DNA of 56,986 bases from Welwitschia mirabilis (taxonomy: Eukaryota). Below are positions 40,733-54,438 of this stretch, in pieces. Positions within the stretch are counted from its first letter, which is position 1. The number at the start of each line of letters is the position of its first letter. Below the pieces are notes generated by a model. It had not been told where the DNA came from and did not search any database. It worked only from the letters and a program-made list of their open reading frames with translations. The stretch is taken from positions 20,797,769 to 20,854,754 of the forward strand of contig JBOZIK010000001.1 of the NCBI GenBank assembly GCA_051453625.1, in the 5' to 3' direction. The translations under genes and the position numbers were made by a program.

Positions 40733-41020
40733 GTATATGATCTCTGCATTGGCATAGAATAAGCAAACTACCTCCACAATAACCTTTGGATAAGGTGTCA
40801 GCAATTTTTCCCATACCTAATACTTAAAAAGCTACTCTATTAGAAGCAAATGTGATTTCAATGTAGATACTTAAATTTCTCTTTCTTTGATAGTGGTTTT
40901 GGAGTTAAATTTAATGTCAAAGTACATCCGCGTATGGACAAAGAGATATACTTATTTAGAGGTAAAAGCTTTAACCTCCTTTCCCTTTGTAGAGCATGAG
41001 AATCTGGGATTCATTTGGAC
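40733..41020 (-). pseudogene. N-terminal part of the Sirevirus env-like extra ORF
   Basis: LFKY*VWEKLLTPYPKVIVEVVCLFYANA matches the GW......LV..FYAN motif of plant retrotransposon env-like ORFs. It is cut by the solo LTR. Confidence 0.6.
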
Positions 41021-42099
41021 TCAAGACACACTGTTAGAAAAACTAATGAAAATACAAAATCATGGATATTACTTTAATAATTGAAAAGCAAGGAGAGTAT
41101 GCAATAAACATGTCACATGATGATAATAAGACATAAAATAGTTTAATTTTAACTCCTCCTATAAATGTGAATTTAATAAAGATAAGATCATAAAAAATAT
41201 TATTAAAAATCTAACCAAACATGAAATAAAGGAATAATCATAGTCATGTAATCAAAACAATGGTATAGACTACACAACAGTACTCAATTTGGTACTTAAT
41301 AGCTTTAAAACTTCATTTTAATCATAAAAACAATATCATAGGATGAAGAAAAGTTCAGAATATTACTTAAGAAGTAATGAAAAAAGGTAGGAGAGATATT
41401 GCAAAAGCAAAGAATAATAAGTAAAAGTAGTAAAATTAAAATAAGAAAAGAGATACTGAAGGAAAATTTATAAATTCTAAATTAAATTTAATCAGACCTA
41501 TGAGATATTATAAAAAGATAATGAAGAGTATTATAGGAAAGTTAGAATTTGATAAAATAACTACGAAACACTGAGTGGCAACTTTAAAGCCTTGATCGAG
41601 GTGAAAAAGAGCCAGAGTATAAAGAAGGAGTTGAAAAAATAAAGGATACCAAATGAAACCCTACCTTGAATTTATAGAATTGCACAAGTTAATAGTAGAG
41701 GATTAACCCCTACAGTTAGGTAGCTGATCATTTTAAAGGGATTAATACTAATTTGATTAACAATAGTTAACCTATTAAGAGCACCAACTGACTAGGGCAT
41801 TAGACCTTCTAATACCTAGGTTAACCATCCAAAGACTAAAAGTGACAAGAAGTAAGGTGGTCAATCTTATAGGTTACCCACTAAGGTCAACTGCCTATAA
41901 TAGCAGATCAACCCACCCAAATGAAATAAAAGGCAAGTCAGATTTCTAAAGTAAGATAAGAAGGATAGAAAATCTTAGAATTAGAAAAGGTAAAGAAGAT
42001 GTTAGGATCAAGGTTTAGAGGATATGATGAAGAATAATTCAAGGACAAGATGCTAGGTTTAAGGATTTATAGAGATAAGAGAAGTAGTCTTAAGAGAGA

Positions 42100-45000
42100 G
42101 GTTTATTAATTAGGTAACTGATGATTAATGGGGACATATTCAACCCTAATATCCTTAGAATCTATATGATCTCTAATGAAGTAATAGCTATTGTTGATAT
42201 GTTTGGTTCTAGAGTGAAGGACAAGATTTTTGGATATGCTTATTATACTAAAGTTGTCATAGAAATTTTATGTCTTGAATTAATAAATGTCAAGGTCTAG
42301 AAGGACATGATAAATCCACAAAAATTGAGTAATAAAACTACTAGCTGCTACATATTCAACTTTGGTAGTTAATAAGGCTATAAAAGTTTATTTCTTTAAA
42401 TCTTGACTTACTAAACAAGATCCTAAGAAACAACAATAGTGCTTTTCTTATCATGCCTATAATCAACCTAATTAGCATTACAAAAATTGGATTAATACAA
42501 TGTAATATTTCTAGAAAATTAAATGTCATAGTTTAAGGTTTTTTTTACATATCTACAAATCTATTTAATAGCATCAAGATGAGATTCTTTGAATTTGAAT
42601 TGATACCTAACACATGGTCCTATTAAAAATGTGATGTCAAGCCTACTTGTAATTAAGTAGAAAAAACTTTCAATCATGCTACTATACAACTTGATGTCAA
42701 CATTTTTTCACTTTCATCTACATCGATTTTTTCATTTGTTCCCATTGAAGTTGATACTAGTTTAGAGTTCTCTAAATCAAACTTCTTCACTAGTTTGCTT
42801 GTAAATTTTTATTGTGATAATAATGTATTATCTTTTTTTTTTTTTTTGCTTTACCTATAATTCAAAAACCATTTATAGCTTACTTAGATGACTCATTTCA
42901 AAATGATTAATCATAAGTTTAACAAGCTTATGAGACATTAAGTTCATGGTTTCTCTAAAAATAATATCATCAACATAAATTTACACAAGTAAAAAATTTG
43001 AATTAACCTTTTTGATAAATAAAGTTTTATCTATCTTACCTCCAATGAAATCATGATCTAATAAAAAAGAAGTTTTTAATACTATGATTTTGGTGCTTGT
43101 TTGAGTTCATAGAGTATCTTCTTCAACCTATAAACATGGTGAGGATACCCTAATTCTTCAAATCTAGAGGATTATTTTATATATACAATTTCATTTAAAG
43201 TACCATTTAAGAAAGCATTTTTCACATCTATTTAATAAATCTTGAAATTGTATAAGATAAAATAAGGAAATGTGAATATATTCTAATATAGGCACAAGTA
43301 TAAAGTTTAAGCAAAATTAATACCTTTTATTTGAGTGTAACCTTATGCTACCAGCCTTGCTTTATCTCTTACTACTTGAGAGTTTTTATTTAATTTGTGT
43401 TTCTGTGGGATTAGAATGATCCTCTGTTACAGCCAAAATCTGTGGGAGCATCCACAGAAAGTCACGAATAAACCATTCAAACCAGCTCAATTATTTTATT
43501 AACATTGAATCAATTTATACAACAAAATTTTTATATTTGGCCTTAACTAACTCCTAAGTTATGGATCCCAATAAATGTAGACCTAAACTAACCTTAAATT
43601 TAAAATAACATATACCTAAAATAAAATCCAACAATTTCAAGATCCATTTAGTACTAATAATGTTATGATCATTTGGCCTAGAGACAAGCTTCAAAACTTT
43701 ACTTTTCTTGAATTGGTCAAGTTCTTCTTACATGGCATTAACCCAACATTCATCTTGTTTAGCTTTGTCAAAAAACTTAAGTGCTAAAGTAGAAATAAAG
43801 CAAACATTTGCACAAACTAAACTTCTAGTTTTTACCGTATTAAACACATCTCCAATTATATATTTAATAGAAAGATCTTTGAGTGTAATTATTTTTTTAA
43901 GAGTTAAGGTTTCTTTGTGATGTTATGAAGGTAAACTAGGTATATGTTTGATCAATTGATTGAATTATTTCAAAAATTAACTCTACTTTATCATCTTCAG
44001 ATCCACTCTTGTGAATGCTTTCATCAATTCTAACATGTACATATTTGTTAACTCTGCTTAAGTTTTTCTTAAACTCAATAGGTTTTACTTCTTTCAGAAT
44101 AGACAATAAAAATTCCTTCTTGAAGATTTTGAATCAAATTTATTTGTTATATCGTCATTATTTAATATGTAGCATTTACCACTAAATATTTTAAAATATT
44201 ACACATTAGGCCTTTTTCCTTTTCACATCTCATAAAGGATTTTAGTTGTAATAGGTTTAGGAAAGGCTCATTTAGATATGTAATAAGTAGTATTGAGAGG
44301 TTTAGTCCAAAATCTCTTAGCCATGTCCTTTTCTTAAAGCATAGTCCTAGTCGTCTATTGAAGTACCCTGCTCTTTTTTTCAACAACACCATTTTGTTGT
44401 GAGGTCTTTGGGACTAAAAATTCATAAGTTAAATCTTTCTTTTTATAACATTCATCAAACAATTCATTTTTAAATGCTTCTCCGTGATAAATTCTAATCC
44501 TTTTAATGTTGTAACTAGTTTCATTTTCTAGTCTCTTACACAAGATTTTAAATTTTTCAAAAACTCCATTTTTGTGTTTAAAAAATAGCGCACAAGAAAA
44601 TCCAATAAAATCATCCATCACAACTGATAAATATTTCATTTCCCTAAGACTTTCTATAGGGGTAGAACCTATAAGATCAAGATGAAGTGAATCTAGAGAA
44701 CATTAAGAGGAAATGTGATCAATCTTAGTAAAACTTTTTGTTGTTTTTTTTTCCAATTGACAAGATCTACATAGGTCTCCTTCTTCTTTTCTTAGAATAG
44801 GAATAACCTTAACAATATTATGCTTAGAAATGTTGTAAAGATTCTTCTAATTAACATATCTTAGACATTTATGATACAGTCTTCGGTCTTTGGAAGTAAT
44901 AGAAGATAAACATTTACTGCTCATCGATTGCCTAATAGAATAAACATTTTTATCCCTATCGCCAAACAATAAAATTGTTCTATACTTATCTAAAACATGA

Positions 45001-47212
45001 TAAAAGAACTACATAATACATATATATATTTATGACAAATTTAGTTGATGCTAAGGAGGTTGTGCTTTAGCCTGTTAACATAGATAACATTGTGTATTAT
45101 TGGAAAATCTTTACCACCTATAGTGCTAATACTCTCCACCATAGCTCTTTCATTTTTTTTAAACATTACAGCCCTCCCATTACATTTATCCATTTTTGTG
45201 AAATATTCTTGTGTCTTATATCATTTGCCTTAAATAACCTTTGTCAAAGTACCCATAAACATTATTAGTGGCTATTAGTATGGCATAAATTAAAGAACTT
45301 TTTTATGCTTTTTCATTGTTCCATCTAATATTAAAGTTAGGTCTTTTCTTAATAAATTAATAACTAGGTATAGCTTCAAATTAAGAGAGTACATTATTGA
45401 AATGAAAGTTAAGTTTGGTATGATCAAACCTAATACAAAACTAACAAATGAGAGATTTCTTATTCTTCTTTTTAAAATTAATATTCTGATAATAAGGTTG
45501 AACATCATCTGATTTAATGTTTAGATACATTAAACATTTACCCTTGGACAAATATGAATATTTGCTTGATGAGGCATGCACAAAAGAAGAGGACAAAAGA
45601 TGTAACATATCGTACATCACTTTTATCACTTAGTGTTCTTTACCTGAAAAACATTATCTCTAAGAATTTGTTATGTGTAGAAAACTTCAATACAATTTTG
45701 TTTAAATTATTAATTTTTAGAAAGCAAACACTCACATTCCTTTTCCCTTTACTTTCACAAGATCTTAAAGATATTGAATTTTTTTTTTCAATATGCCTTT
45801 TAATAATCTAAAGTATTCTTTGTGATTTCCAAATCAGATGTCAATTTCTTATTTTTTGTTCATATTAAGCTATGTTTTTCTTTAAGATAGTGTTTTCTTT
45901 TAGGATCCTTTTGCTTTCTTCCAATAGCTCTTAGTAAACCTCTATTACTCTTACATCCTCTTCCTTATCATCATCCAAATTCTTTTTTATTTTTTATTTA
46001 ATGGATGTTGGTTCATCATCTTTAATGTTTGAGAATCAATCTATTTTTTCATTACTATCTTCTTTACCTACAATTAGTAAAACAATTCTCAAATCTAATT
46101 TATGAAGTTAGATAAATCTAATTCAAAACCATCATTTATCTTTATGATGAGGATCATGTTAGAAGAGGTGTAAGCCATGAGAGAAAAACTAAGAGTCTTC
46201 CTTTTTTTACTCATCATTATTCAAAGTAGCCATATTATATTTTTTCTTAGGGTCCTTTGATGGATTCTACTTCTTGTAAATTGGATGCTTAACTTTCATG
46301 TGCTCAAACTCTTTACAAGTAGAGCATTAGGTCCTTTTTTCTCTCGAATTTCCTTTGGGTCTTAAGAATGATGTGTTATCCTCCTTCCTATTTTTCTATT
46401 TCTTACCTATCACCATCTTCTTAAGTTTTCTAGTAAACAAGGCTAATTCTTCATTCATATTAGAATCGGAATCAGAGGAACTAAATCTAGGAGAATCATT
46501 TTTATTACTACATTTAGAAGAGAAAACTTTTTAAGTATTAAAAGTCATACCTTTTCCTTTATTTGTTTTTTAAAATGCCTTAGTTCAAATGTCCAAATGT
46601 CGCTTACCAATTCTTCAAGCTTGATGTTTTCAATGTTCTTTGTGTCTTCAATCAATAGAACCTTATTTTTATAAGCTTTTGGTAGAGACCTCAAGATATT
46701 CTTAGCAATTTAACTAGTTTTAAGAGATTTTTCAAGTCCATAAAGACACTTTACAATATCCATAATTTATTGTTGAATTCATTGAATGTTTCACCATCTT
46801 GCATTTGAATTTTCTTAAATTGTTTTATAAGCACTTGCTTCTTAATCTTCGTAATCTAATTAGTTCCTTTATATGATACTTGCAAGTAATCCCATATACC
46901 TTTTATAGTATAAAAGTTTCTTACCTTTCTGTAATCTTTTACATTTAGTTCACAACAAATAAAATTCATGGCCTTTTCATTGAGCATAGCTTGATCTTTC
47001 TATTTGTCATTCCATGTGCTCCTTGATTTGATTATAAAGATAATGACTCCATTTTTTGTTTGAGGTTCCATTAAAGGGGAGAAGCCTTATTTCACCATAG
47101 CTCAGCAATTAAAGTTCATAGCTTTAATTAATACTTGCACCATTGTCTTTTAAAATTCATAATTGTCACTAGTAAAGTAAGGAGGACAGTTAATTGGTTA
47201 ACGTTCCAGGAT
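42100..47212 (-). pseudogene. Sirevirus gag-pol (gag, two Zn-knuckle remnants, protease, integrase, RT, RNase H)
   Basis: gag PPYFTSDNYEF*K; knuckles CSTCKEFEHMKVKH (~46310) and C*FCIRFDH (~45435); protease YFDKGYLRQM; integrase LHLDLIGS...VVMDDF...PKTSQQNGVVEKK; RT WVNAM*EELDQF...TKWI...KARLVA*GY and IYVDDIIF (YVDD 42966-42977); RH VEYVAAS. Confidence 0.9.
43404..43633 (-). mobile_element. 230-bp solo LTR (TRIM- or small Copia-like) inserted in the Sirevirus RT
   Basis: TG...CA ends with TIR tgtgggatt/aatccaaca and TSD gtttc/atttc. Removing it restores the RT frame TKWILKHKLNK...KARLVA. Confidence 0.85.
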
Positions 47213-47274
47213 GTAAACTCTATTAAGCAATCAAATACAAGAAAAAATACCTATATCAAATCTCTAGTACTAAT

Positions 47275-48381
47275 TGTTAGGACCTACTATCCTATATGAG
47301 AGAGGTAAATAGAATAGCTAAGGTAATTGTTACAATTTAATAAATTAACACTTTATTTGCATGATTTAGATTATCAATCAATTATCCTAGTTCTAATTTC
47401 AATTCAATAATGATGGTAATTAAAGTAATTAACTAAGGATATAATATTTTAAGCTCATGAGTTAGACTAAAAGAAATAAAGAAATAAGCACAAGATATAG
47501 AAAACAAGCTTGTTCTCCTTTATTACCAATGCAACCTCTAACTGCACTTAAATAGAACTTTATGTTACCCTCAATCAATACAACAAGATTCTTTAACAAT
47601 GCTCAACCTCAAGCCCAAGTTAATTCCTTTACTTGATGTTATAATTAAAGTACATATTGTCATGAGAAAGATTAAAGTATAATTGAGAGAGAATGATAAC
47701 AATTACAGTAAAATATTGATTTGATAAAATATGTGAATCCATATAATAGTCTAATTATTTATATAAGAATGTTTTTCACTATTATAGGGTATAAATATCA
47801 AAGATATGATTGTTGAAGCCCTTGAAAATGGTTGGTTGATTTCCTTAAATGAAGTTATAATGGTTGTCAATAGTCCATCATGCCTACATTTCTATTATTC
47901 ATTAGCCTAGTGGATGACCACTTCGAAGTGACAGTCAATCACTCATCTCGCGCTGGCCTTATGGGATAAGATCTGAGTTGGACAATTGACCTTGGTTGTA
48001 AAGCTGATTGATTACATGCATTATGTTTTCATTTCATTCATTAGTGGCTTTGACCCCTTCAAATTACCACTGGACCTGTCGTAGACCTCCTAGATATTGG
48101 TGTCTAACCCCTTGTTGTCTTTGTTAAACTTTTGATGTCAACATGTGGTTGATCTCTTAGAGAATGCCAGATGATTACTTGAACATCTTTCTACTAATTT
48201 AATTATTCTTTAAATCTCACTTTTCCTGAGGTTTAGATTGACGTCTTTATGACTTGCTTGTAAATAAACACATGCTCTAGATTTACTCCTATGACATCCA
48301 GTACTAGTCTACAAATATCTTCATTTCATTAGTTTATAAGATAGTATGTGCATTGTTAATAAACAACTAAGAGATGAAACA
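47275..48381 (-). repeat. 5' LTR of the Sirevirus
   Basis: The minus end ...tatttacctctctc...gtcctaaca is followed by attagtactagag (decayed TGGTATCAGAG). Minus TATA at ~47760 and repeated GTYRAC-type motifs at 47830-48155. The outer boundary is approximate. Confidence 0.65.
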
Positions 48382-48949
48382 CTCTTTCCTTCTTTTACTT
48401 CCTTTTCTCCTCTTTTTACTAGCCTACCTACCCTATCCTACCTTTTTCCTTCCTAGAATTCCATGTTTTAGACATGGAATCCTTCCTTCTTCCATGTCAT
48501 GTGTGTGGAAATCCAAACTTTTATGCCAGGCATGAAACTTCCTTATCCCAACATTCCCTGAAACTGAATTTTCTTAGTCCCTCTCTCCCTCCACTGCATT
48601 TCACCAATCATGGAACTGTTGCTTACTAATTTTCCCTTTTAATCCTTAGTTCTTCACTACCATTACAAATTTCTCTTTATGTCATCCTTTATTCTTGAGG
48701 TTTTACCATCGCAATTCATCAATTTAAAGTTTAGAAGAATCCTAAGGTCATGTTAAATCCTTAGAATGCACTAAAGTGAAGTGTGTCTGCCCATGACATT
48801 ACACCATGAGGTAAGTACTAGTAAGATAACCAGCGAGGACACCACTTTTCTGGTGAGATGATCCTTTTTAGTACCATCAGGGACTAGCAAAGCACTACAA
48901 CCATGCCAAGCATTATGGACATTAGTTCACTAAAGTTACTACTAATTTG

Positions 48950-51310
48950 GAGCTATTTAAGAGGCCCCACCTAGGTATCATCACTTCTCATCCTTTTTAT
49001 TCCTCTATGTTACTTCCTATTCTCTACTTTAATCTCAAATAAGTAGTCGCTTCCATCCTCTCCTCCTTCTAGGTCCTCACATCTAGGAAATTCTCTCTAC
49101 ATTCTCTTTTAATTTCCAATGCCTCCTTTAGTGTGGTGATCTCTTCATGAACTGGAGGTTCCCTTCCTTCATTTGCATTTCAAATAGCCATCTCGACTTT
49201 ATAGTAGCTCTAACTCTAGGTTAATAGAAGGAAATATCCCTTCCACATGCAGAATACATCAAAAGAAGCACTAAATAATCTTTTTTCTCATGTATTTCTT
49301 ATAATTATTTATAGTTTATTAATTCAGTTTCTAATGTAATAATATAGCTCCTTCTTCTCCTCTCCTAGAAGGATACGACTATCTTGGGCTAATTGACCTG
49401 CATTCCATGCATGCTCACCCTGACACCAATACCTCACTACAAGCAGCACATAAGGCTCTTTCACTAAGGAGGAACTTGACTAAGTACTTTAAATACTATG
49501 TGGTCGATGGATTAGTGCCCTATAGATGGTGTTATCGGTTTGGTCTTGTTTTTAGCAGGGTAAGGAATCATAACTATAATGTCATTCTAGTTAGAACTAG
49601 TGCAGGCATAGAGGATTCTTGTTCATATAGTATGATTACATGGAAGGTATGGATGTGTAACAAGGACTTGATTTTAGATAACCTCTTTTCAGGAAGAATA
49701 ATCCATATTGTATACTTCTCAAAGGAGACCATCCCTTAGGTGCACCCTGCCTCCTTGTTCGAACCTCATCCTATCTCACATGCTTAGTCTTAGAGGAGAC
49801 TTCTTAGGATCCTCTATTTCCATAGTTAAGACATGCTTTACATTTTCCTATCTAAGACAGACCTTGGAGTAACCAGGAGGATACACCCTTTCTTAAAGAC
49901 ATCCTCCATTATTTTGACCTCTACCCTTCCCTTTTGTTTTATTTTATTTATTTATCTTTCTTTCATAAGAATCCACTAGTTATGCACCACCCATTATTCT
50001 AACCTTATTTCTTTGTTACTTCGTACCTTGAGGGAAATTATTTTAAGTACCTAATTTCTAGCCGCCCTCTAAAATAAGTCCAGGGCTTTACCTGAAAAAG
50101 CAAGCATTATTATCTCTTAAAAGCGTAGAGAAGAAAATTTGAATCAACACATCTTCTCTAGCACTAGAATGAGGGCCAAAGTAGTTGCATTGGTTCATTA
50201 CTATCATACATGCTCTAAGGCATAGCTATAATAAAATAAGGGATTTGAATAATCTTCATTACCCTTTCCCTTCTCATTTATCACATTGTCTTCTAAAGAA
50301 GAATCTTCTGAATCCTTCCCTTTAACCCATCATCATCTTTAACTAGTGATTATTCATCACATCCATTTCTTCTTACTAATCATATTCCTTCTTTAACTAA
50401 CTTATTCATGGCTAATATACCCTCTCCTTGTATTGGAAATAATCCCCTTAACTTTCTTATCCTTAACCATTTATCAGTAGAACATGGTAAGTTCTATTAA
50501 ACCTAGAGCTTCCACTCTTCTCTGGCCCCAAAAGAACATATCACCACTTTTACTATGGGGCTCTACTTTTTAGAAGTAAATAAAGAAGATGTTGCTTACT
50601 AACTATTTCTCATCTACATCAGATAGGAAGCTTAGCTCTGGCATCTGTGTCTACCTTACTACTCTATTGGTTTAAGGAATGAGTTGACTTAAGCTTTCAT
50701 CCACTATTTTAAAGGGTAAATAGATCTAGAAACTCTCTATTAATACTTCGTAATCATTCAAAAGAAGCATACATGAATAGTGAAGGCATTTAATAACCAC
50801 TTTTGAGTCATCTATGATCACCTCCATAAATAGTACAAACCTTCTATCTTACAAGTTATGATCATGTACAAGGTAGCTTTAGATGGTGTGGCACATTTCT
50901 TTTTAAAATAAAGGCCTAATCTTAATAGTTTATAGGATATAATGAATATGATCATCTATTTAGAGAGGCTCATGTTAGTGACCTCTTATGATCATGTCAA
51001 CCCTACTCATCTAAACCTTCTTATCCCTCCACCACCTAATATTACACCTTTACCTATGAAAACCATCTTTAACCCTACCAACTTAGGAACTGCATCCTGT
51101 CCTCAACTCCTAGTTGCCACATCTATGGTGCCTTCACATTTCTTACCCTCTTTTCTTACATCTAGTTTCTCATCTTCTTCTTTCCAAAACCCTTTTCCCT
51201 TACATTTGCCACTGAACCCTATTCCTTAACCCAAAACATATCTCATATCCAGGTGGATACTTCCACCACCTTAGAAATTGAAGAGGATATTGAAGCATTT
51301 GGGTGCATGT
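48950..51310 (-). pseudogene. Decayed long ORF of unknown function upstream of and antisense to the Tat pol
   Basis: The minus strand is purine-rich with long semi-open stretches (e.g. KATLYMIITCKIEGLYYLWEVIIDDS; GKDSEDSSLEDNVINEKGKG). No recognised domain. Confidence 0.35.
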
Positions 51311-51799
51311 TGAGAAAATTAACTCAAAACATGGAATAGTTAAAGACCTATTAAGGGAGAATCTAAGAAAAATATGAACAACAAGTAGGGAAGTGGTTCC
51401 CCAACCTAATGTGGGATCTTAAACAACAACGCATACAACTCACTAGGAAAAACTCCAATATTGTATCCTTTCATGATCATCCTTCATTCCACTAAAGAAG
51501 ATTGTCATGACTACCTCCACATGTAGGAAATTATGAAGGCCTTCTGTAACTTCACAAATCCCTCTTCTCATTTCAAAGGGGCATACTACATTGACATTAT
51601 AAACTTCCTAGTAAAATTTAATATCACCTCTATTCCTCACAAAAGTGAAAATAAGCATATCAACCTTGCTAAAGATATAATTGCTTAATACACATCAATT
51701 TACTCCAAAAGGGCTTTGGTTACAAATAGACAAGCCATGAGACTCAAATTGATTAAAAAAAGTAGTAAGAAGTTAAAAGAAGATGAGAAGGAGCAAACC

Positions 51800-54438
51800 A
51801 CTATGTTCGTCCCTTCTAGTAAGAATACAATGCCTTTAAATTAGAATGCTTTAAATGAGCCTCCATCGTATGATACGATGGAAGATCTAAAGAAGTGTAA
51901 TGTTAATCTATATATCTTAGTAGTCCTTCAGATAAGTAAAGATTAGTAAATGAAGCTTGTACAAGCCTATATGTTTACTAGTATACAGAGAAGAGAACAT
52001 TTATCATAGAAATGAACATAGTAAAATTAGAAGTAAAGGCCACTATCTTCACTGTGAAGAAAAAGATATCACTTTTCTTGTTACTTTACGTATGTTTGAA
52101 AAGAAATTCCATAATTGTCTTAACAACTTTAGAGCCTCTACCAAAATTCCTCCTTCTGAGATGATCAAGTAATTAGACTTAACTCCAAAGAAATGTAGTA
52201 AATTAATCATCTAACTAAGCCATATTAAGTTGCAAGTCTAAGGCATTCTCAAGGATGTCAAAATACAGCTAACATCAGATCCCAAGATCATGACTATTAC
52301 TAATCCCTATGTCATCAAGATTCCAACCATATAGAGTGTTCTATTAAGTTAGAGATAGGGAACTCCTCTCAATGCATACATCTTTTAGATTACTCACATA
52401 TGTGGCTATCCTAGAAAGAAGTCTCTAATTAGATTTGGGTCAAAAGCAAAAGCTTATAGTAGGGAGAAGCTAAATTCAAAAGAACCCATTAGAGAATCTA
52501 GGCTTGTATCCTACCTTTATGATATCAAGAGGGTAATACTAGAATTAGAAGAACTTCAAGATCCCTCAGGGCTAATATTAACTGAAGAGACTTGGTTTGT
52601 ATAGCCACCAATGCACAAGATAAAGGTAGAAGCATAGTCCTTAGATCATTAAAGAGACATTGCACTTAAAAATATTTCTAAGTTAAATTTCTAGTATTAA
52701 ATAATACCACTGAGTATAAGGCCTTAGTCTATGCCCTGAAGTAGGCACTTTTGAAGAAGATAAAAAAAGTTCACATACTTAGAGATTCTAAAGTTGAGAT
52801 TAACTAGATTAAAGAAAAATTCCAAATGCATAAACCATATTAAAGATGTATAAAATAAGAGTTTTGAATTTGTTAGACTAGTTTAAGGGAGTGGTCTATT
52901 ACTCAGATCCCATGAGGAAAGAATTCACTGGCACAGAAAGTAGTAGTTTCAGTCATAAGACATGGCCTAGTTAATGATCCAATATTTAAGAAACTTTAGA
53001 TCCATACCCTATTAAATAAAGTAATCTTGGATAACATCAAAGACTTTAAGTATTCGAAAAGGATAACTAGATCATTAAGTTCATTTGCAATCAAGAGAAG
53101 TTTAAAAATCAAATGTTGGATGAAGAAGAAGACTTAGGAAAGGGTTGACATTTCATAAAGGATGACATGATGCAACTCCACAGTATATGATCCCTATAAG
53201 ATTTAATCAACTTGAGAAGTTCTGTAACATAGAATTATAACTCCATTTTCTCCATGATGCATAAATAAGGAAGTGGATGAGATTAATCTAAGTTACTTAT
53301 AGAAATCTAAGACTATTAAAATTGAAAGGGTGTATTCCACCCAAGCAAGCTACGATATAATATTGGTCTACCAAGAGTCTAAAAATGTCTTTACTTGGTC
53401 GTATAAGGATATGATGGAATTTGATTCATAGATATTGATTCGCACCATCTCCCTTAAGGAAAGCACTAAGCCATTTAAGTAAAGGTAAAGGAGGGTGAAT
53501 GTAGTTCTAGAACCACTAATCAAAAAAGAAGTTGATAAGCTCCTGTAGTTAGGTATCATCTACCTTATTAAGCATACCATATGGATAATTAACTTTATTT
53601 ACATCAGAAAGAAAAGTAGAAATATTCATCTATGCATAAACTTTCAGAATCTGAGTAAGGCCTCTATCAAAGACAACTACCCCATCCCAACCATTAATGA
53701 AGTATTGGAAAAGGTAGTAAGTGAAAAAACGTTATCTTTCTTAAATGGATTTTCTAGTTATAATCAGATATAGTTAATCATTATAGATTAAATCAAAATG
53801 ACTTTCACCATCGATGTCCTTTAGCTTGATTAACACTAGAGCCATTTTTTAGATAGTTATGAAGCATACACTGGTAGGGCTAATTAGAAGATGTATAGTC
53901 ATTTTGACATCATAGTCTATTCCAATAAGCAATCTGATCATGTGTGAGACCTTAGGAAGATATTCCTATGATTCAGATATTTTGGGTTATTCCTTGACCC
54001 AAAGAAAAGTATCATAGTTATTTCCTTAAGCAAGCTACTAGGATATCTTATATCTAATCAAGGCATGAGGGTAGAACCCAAATGCATACATACCATTTAA
54101 AAGATTCTTCTTCTAGAGTGCCTTAAATAAATTTAATCTTTCTTAGGAAATATTCAAGACCTTTTAAAGATAATGGCTCCCATCATGGCACTATAAAAAA
54201 AGAACACCCCATTTATATGAATCTTAGAAAGCAAGAAAGCATTTAAATTAATCAAGAAAACAATATCATCATTCCCAAGATTGGTGAATCCAGACTTTTA
54301 AAAATAGCTCTTTATCTATGCTTATGATTTAAAAACCACTACTACAAGAGTACTCACCCAAAAGACAAAAGATCTAGAAGGTGGGAATAGAGAATGTCTA
54401 GTTTAATTCATGAGTAAACCTTTATGTGATGTTGAACT
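51800..54438 (+). mobile_element. Decayed Tat-clade Ty3/Gypsy pol with PROT-aRH-RT-RH order (TatII-like)
   Basis: Protease FLVTLRMFEKKFHNCLNNFRAS (core 52107-52139). aRH NNTTEYKALVYALK*A...HILRDSKVEIN*I...QIP*GKNSLA (~52690-52950). RT VFTWSYKDM...KEVDKLL...LCINFQNLSKASIKDNYPIP...LNGFSSYNQI. RH start NPDF..LFIYAY...VLTQK...FMSKPLCDVEL, cut at 54438. Confidence 0.85.

Larger units (their letters stand above)
34950..48381 (-). mobile_element. Decayed Sirevirus (SIRE) Ty1/Copia with env-like ORF and two nested solo LTRs; 3' LTR not found, left boundary uncertain
   Basis: 5' LTR ~47275-48381, decayed tRNA-iMet PBS at 47261-47274, gag-pol ~47212-42100 and env-like ORF starting ~41020 and continuing left of 36058. 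Confidence 0.75.

Noticed and set aside
48869..48883. Possible decayed tRNA-Lys PBS for the Tat element
   Set aside because: The match is short and degenerate, and no LTR boundary or partner LTR is defined.
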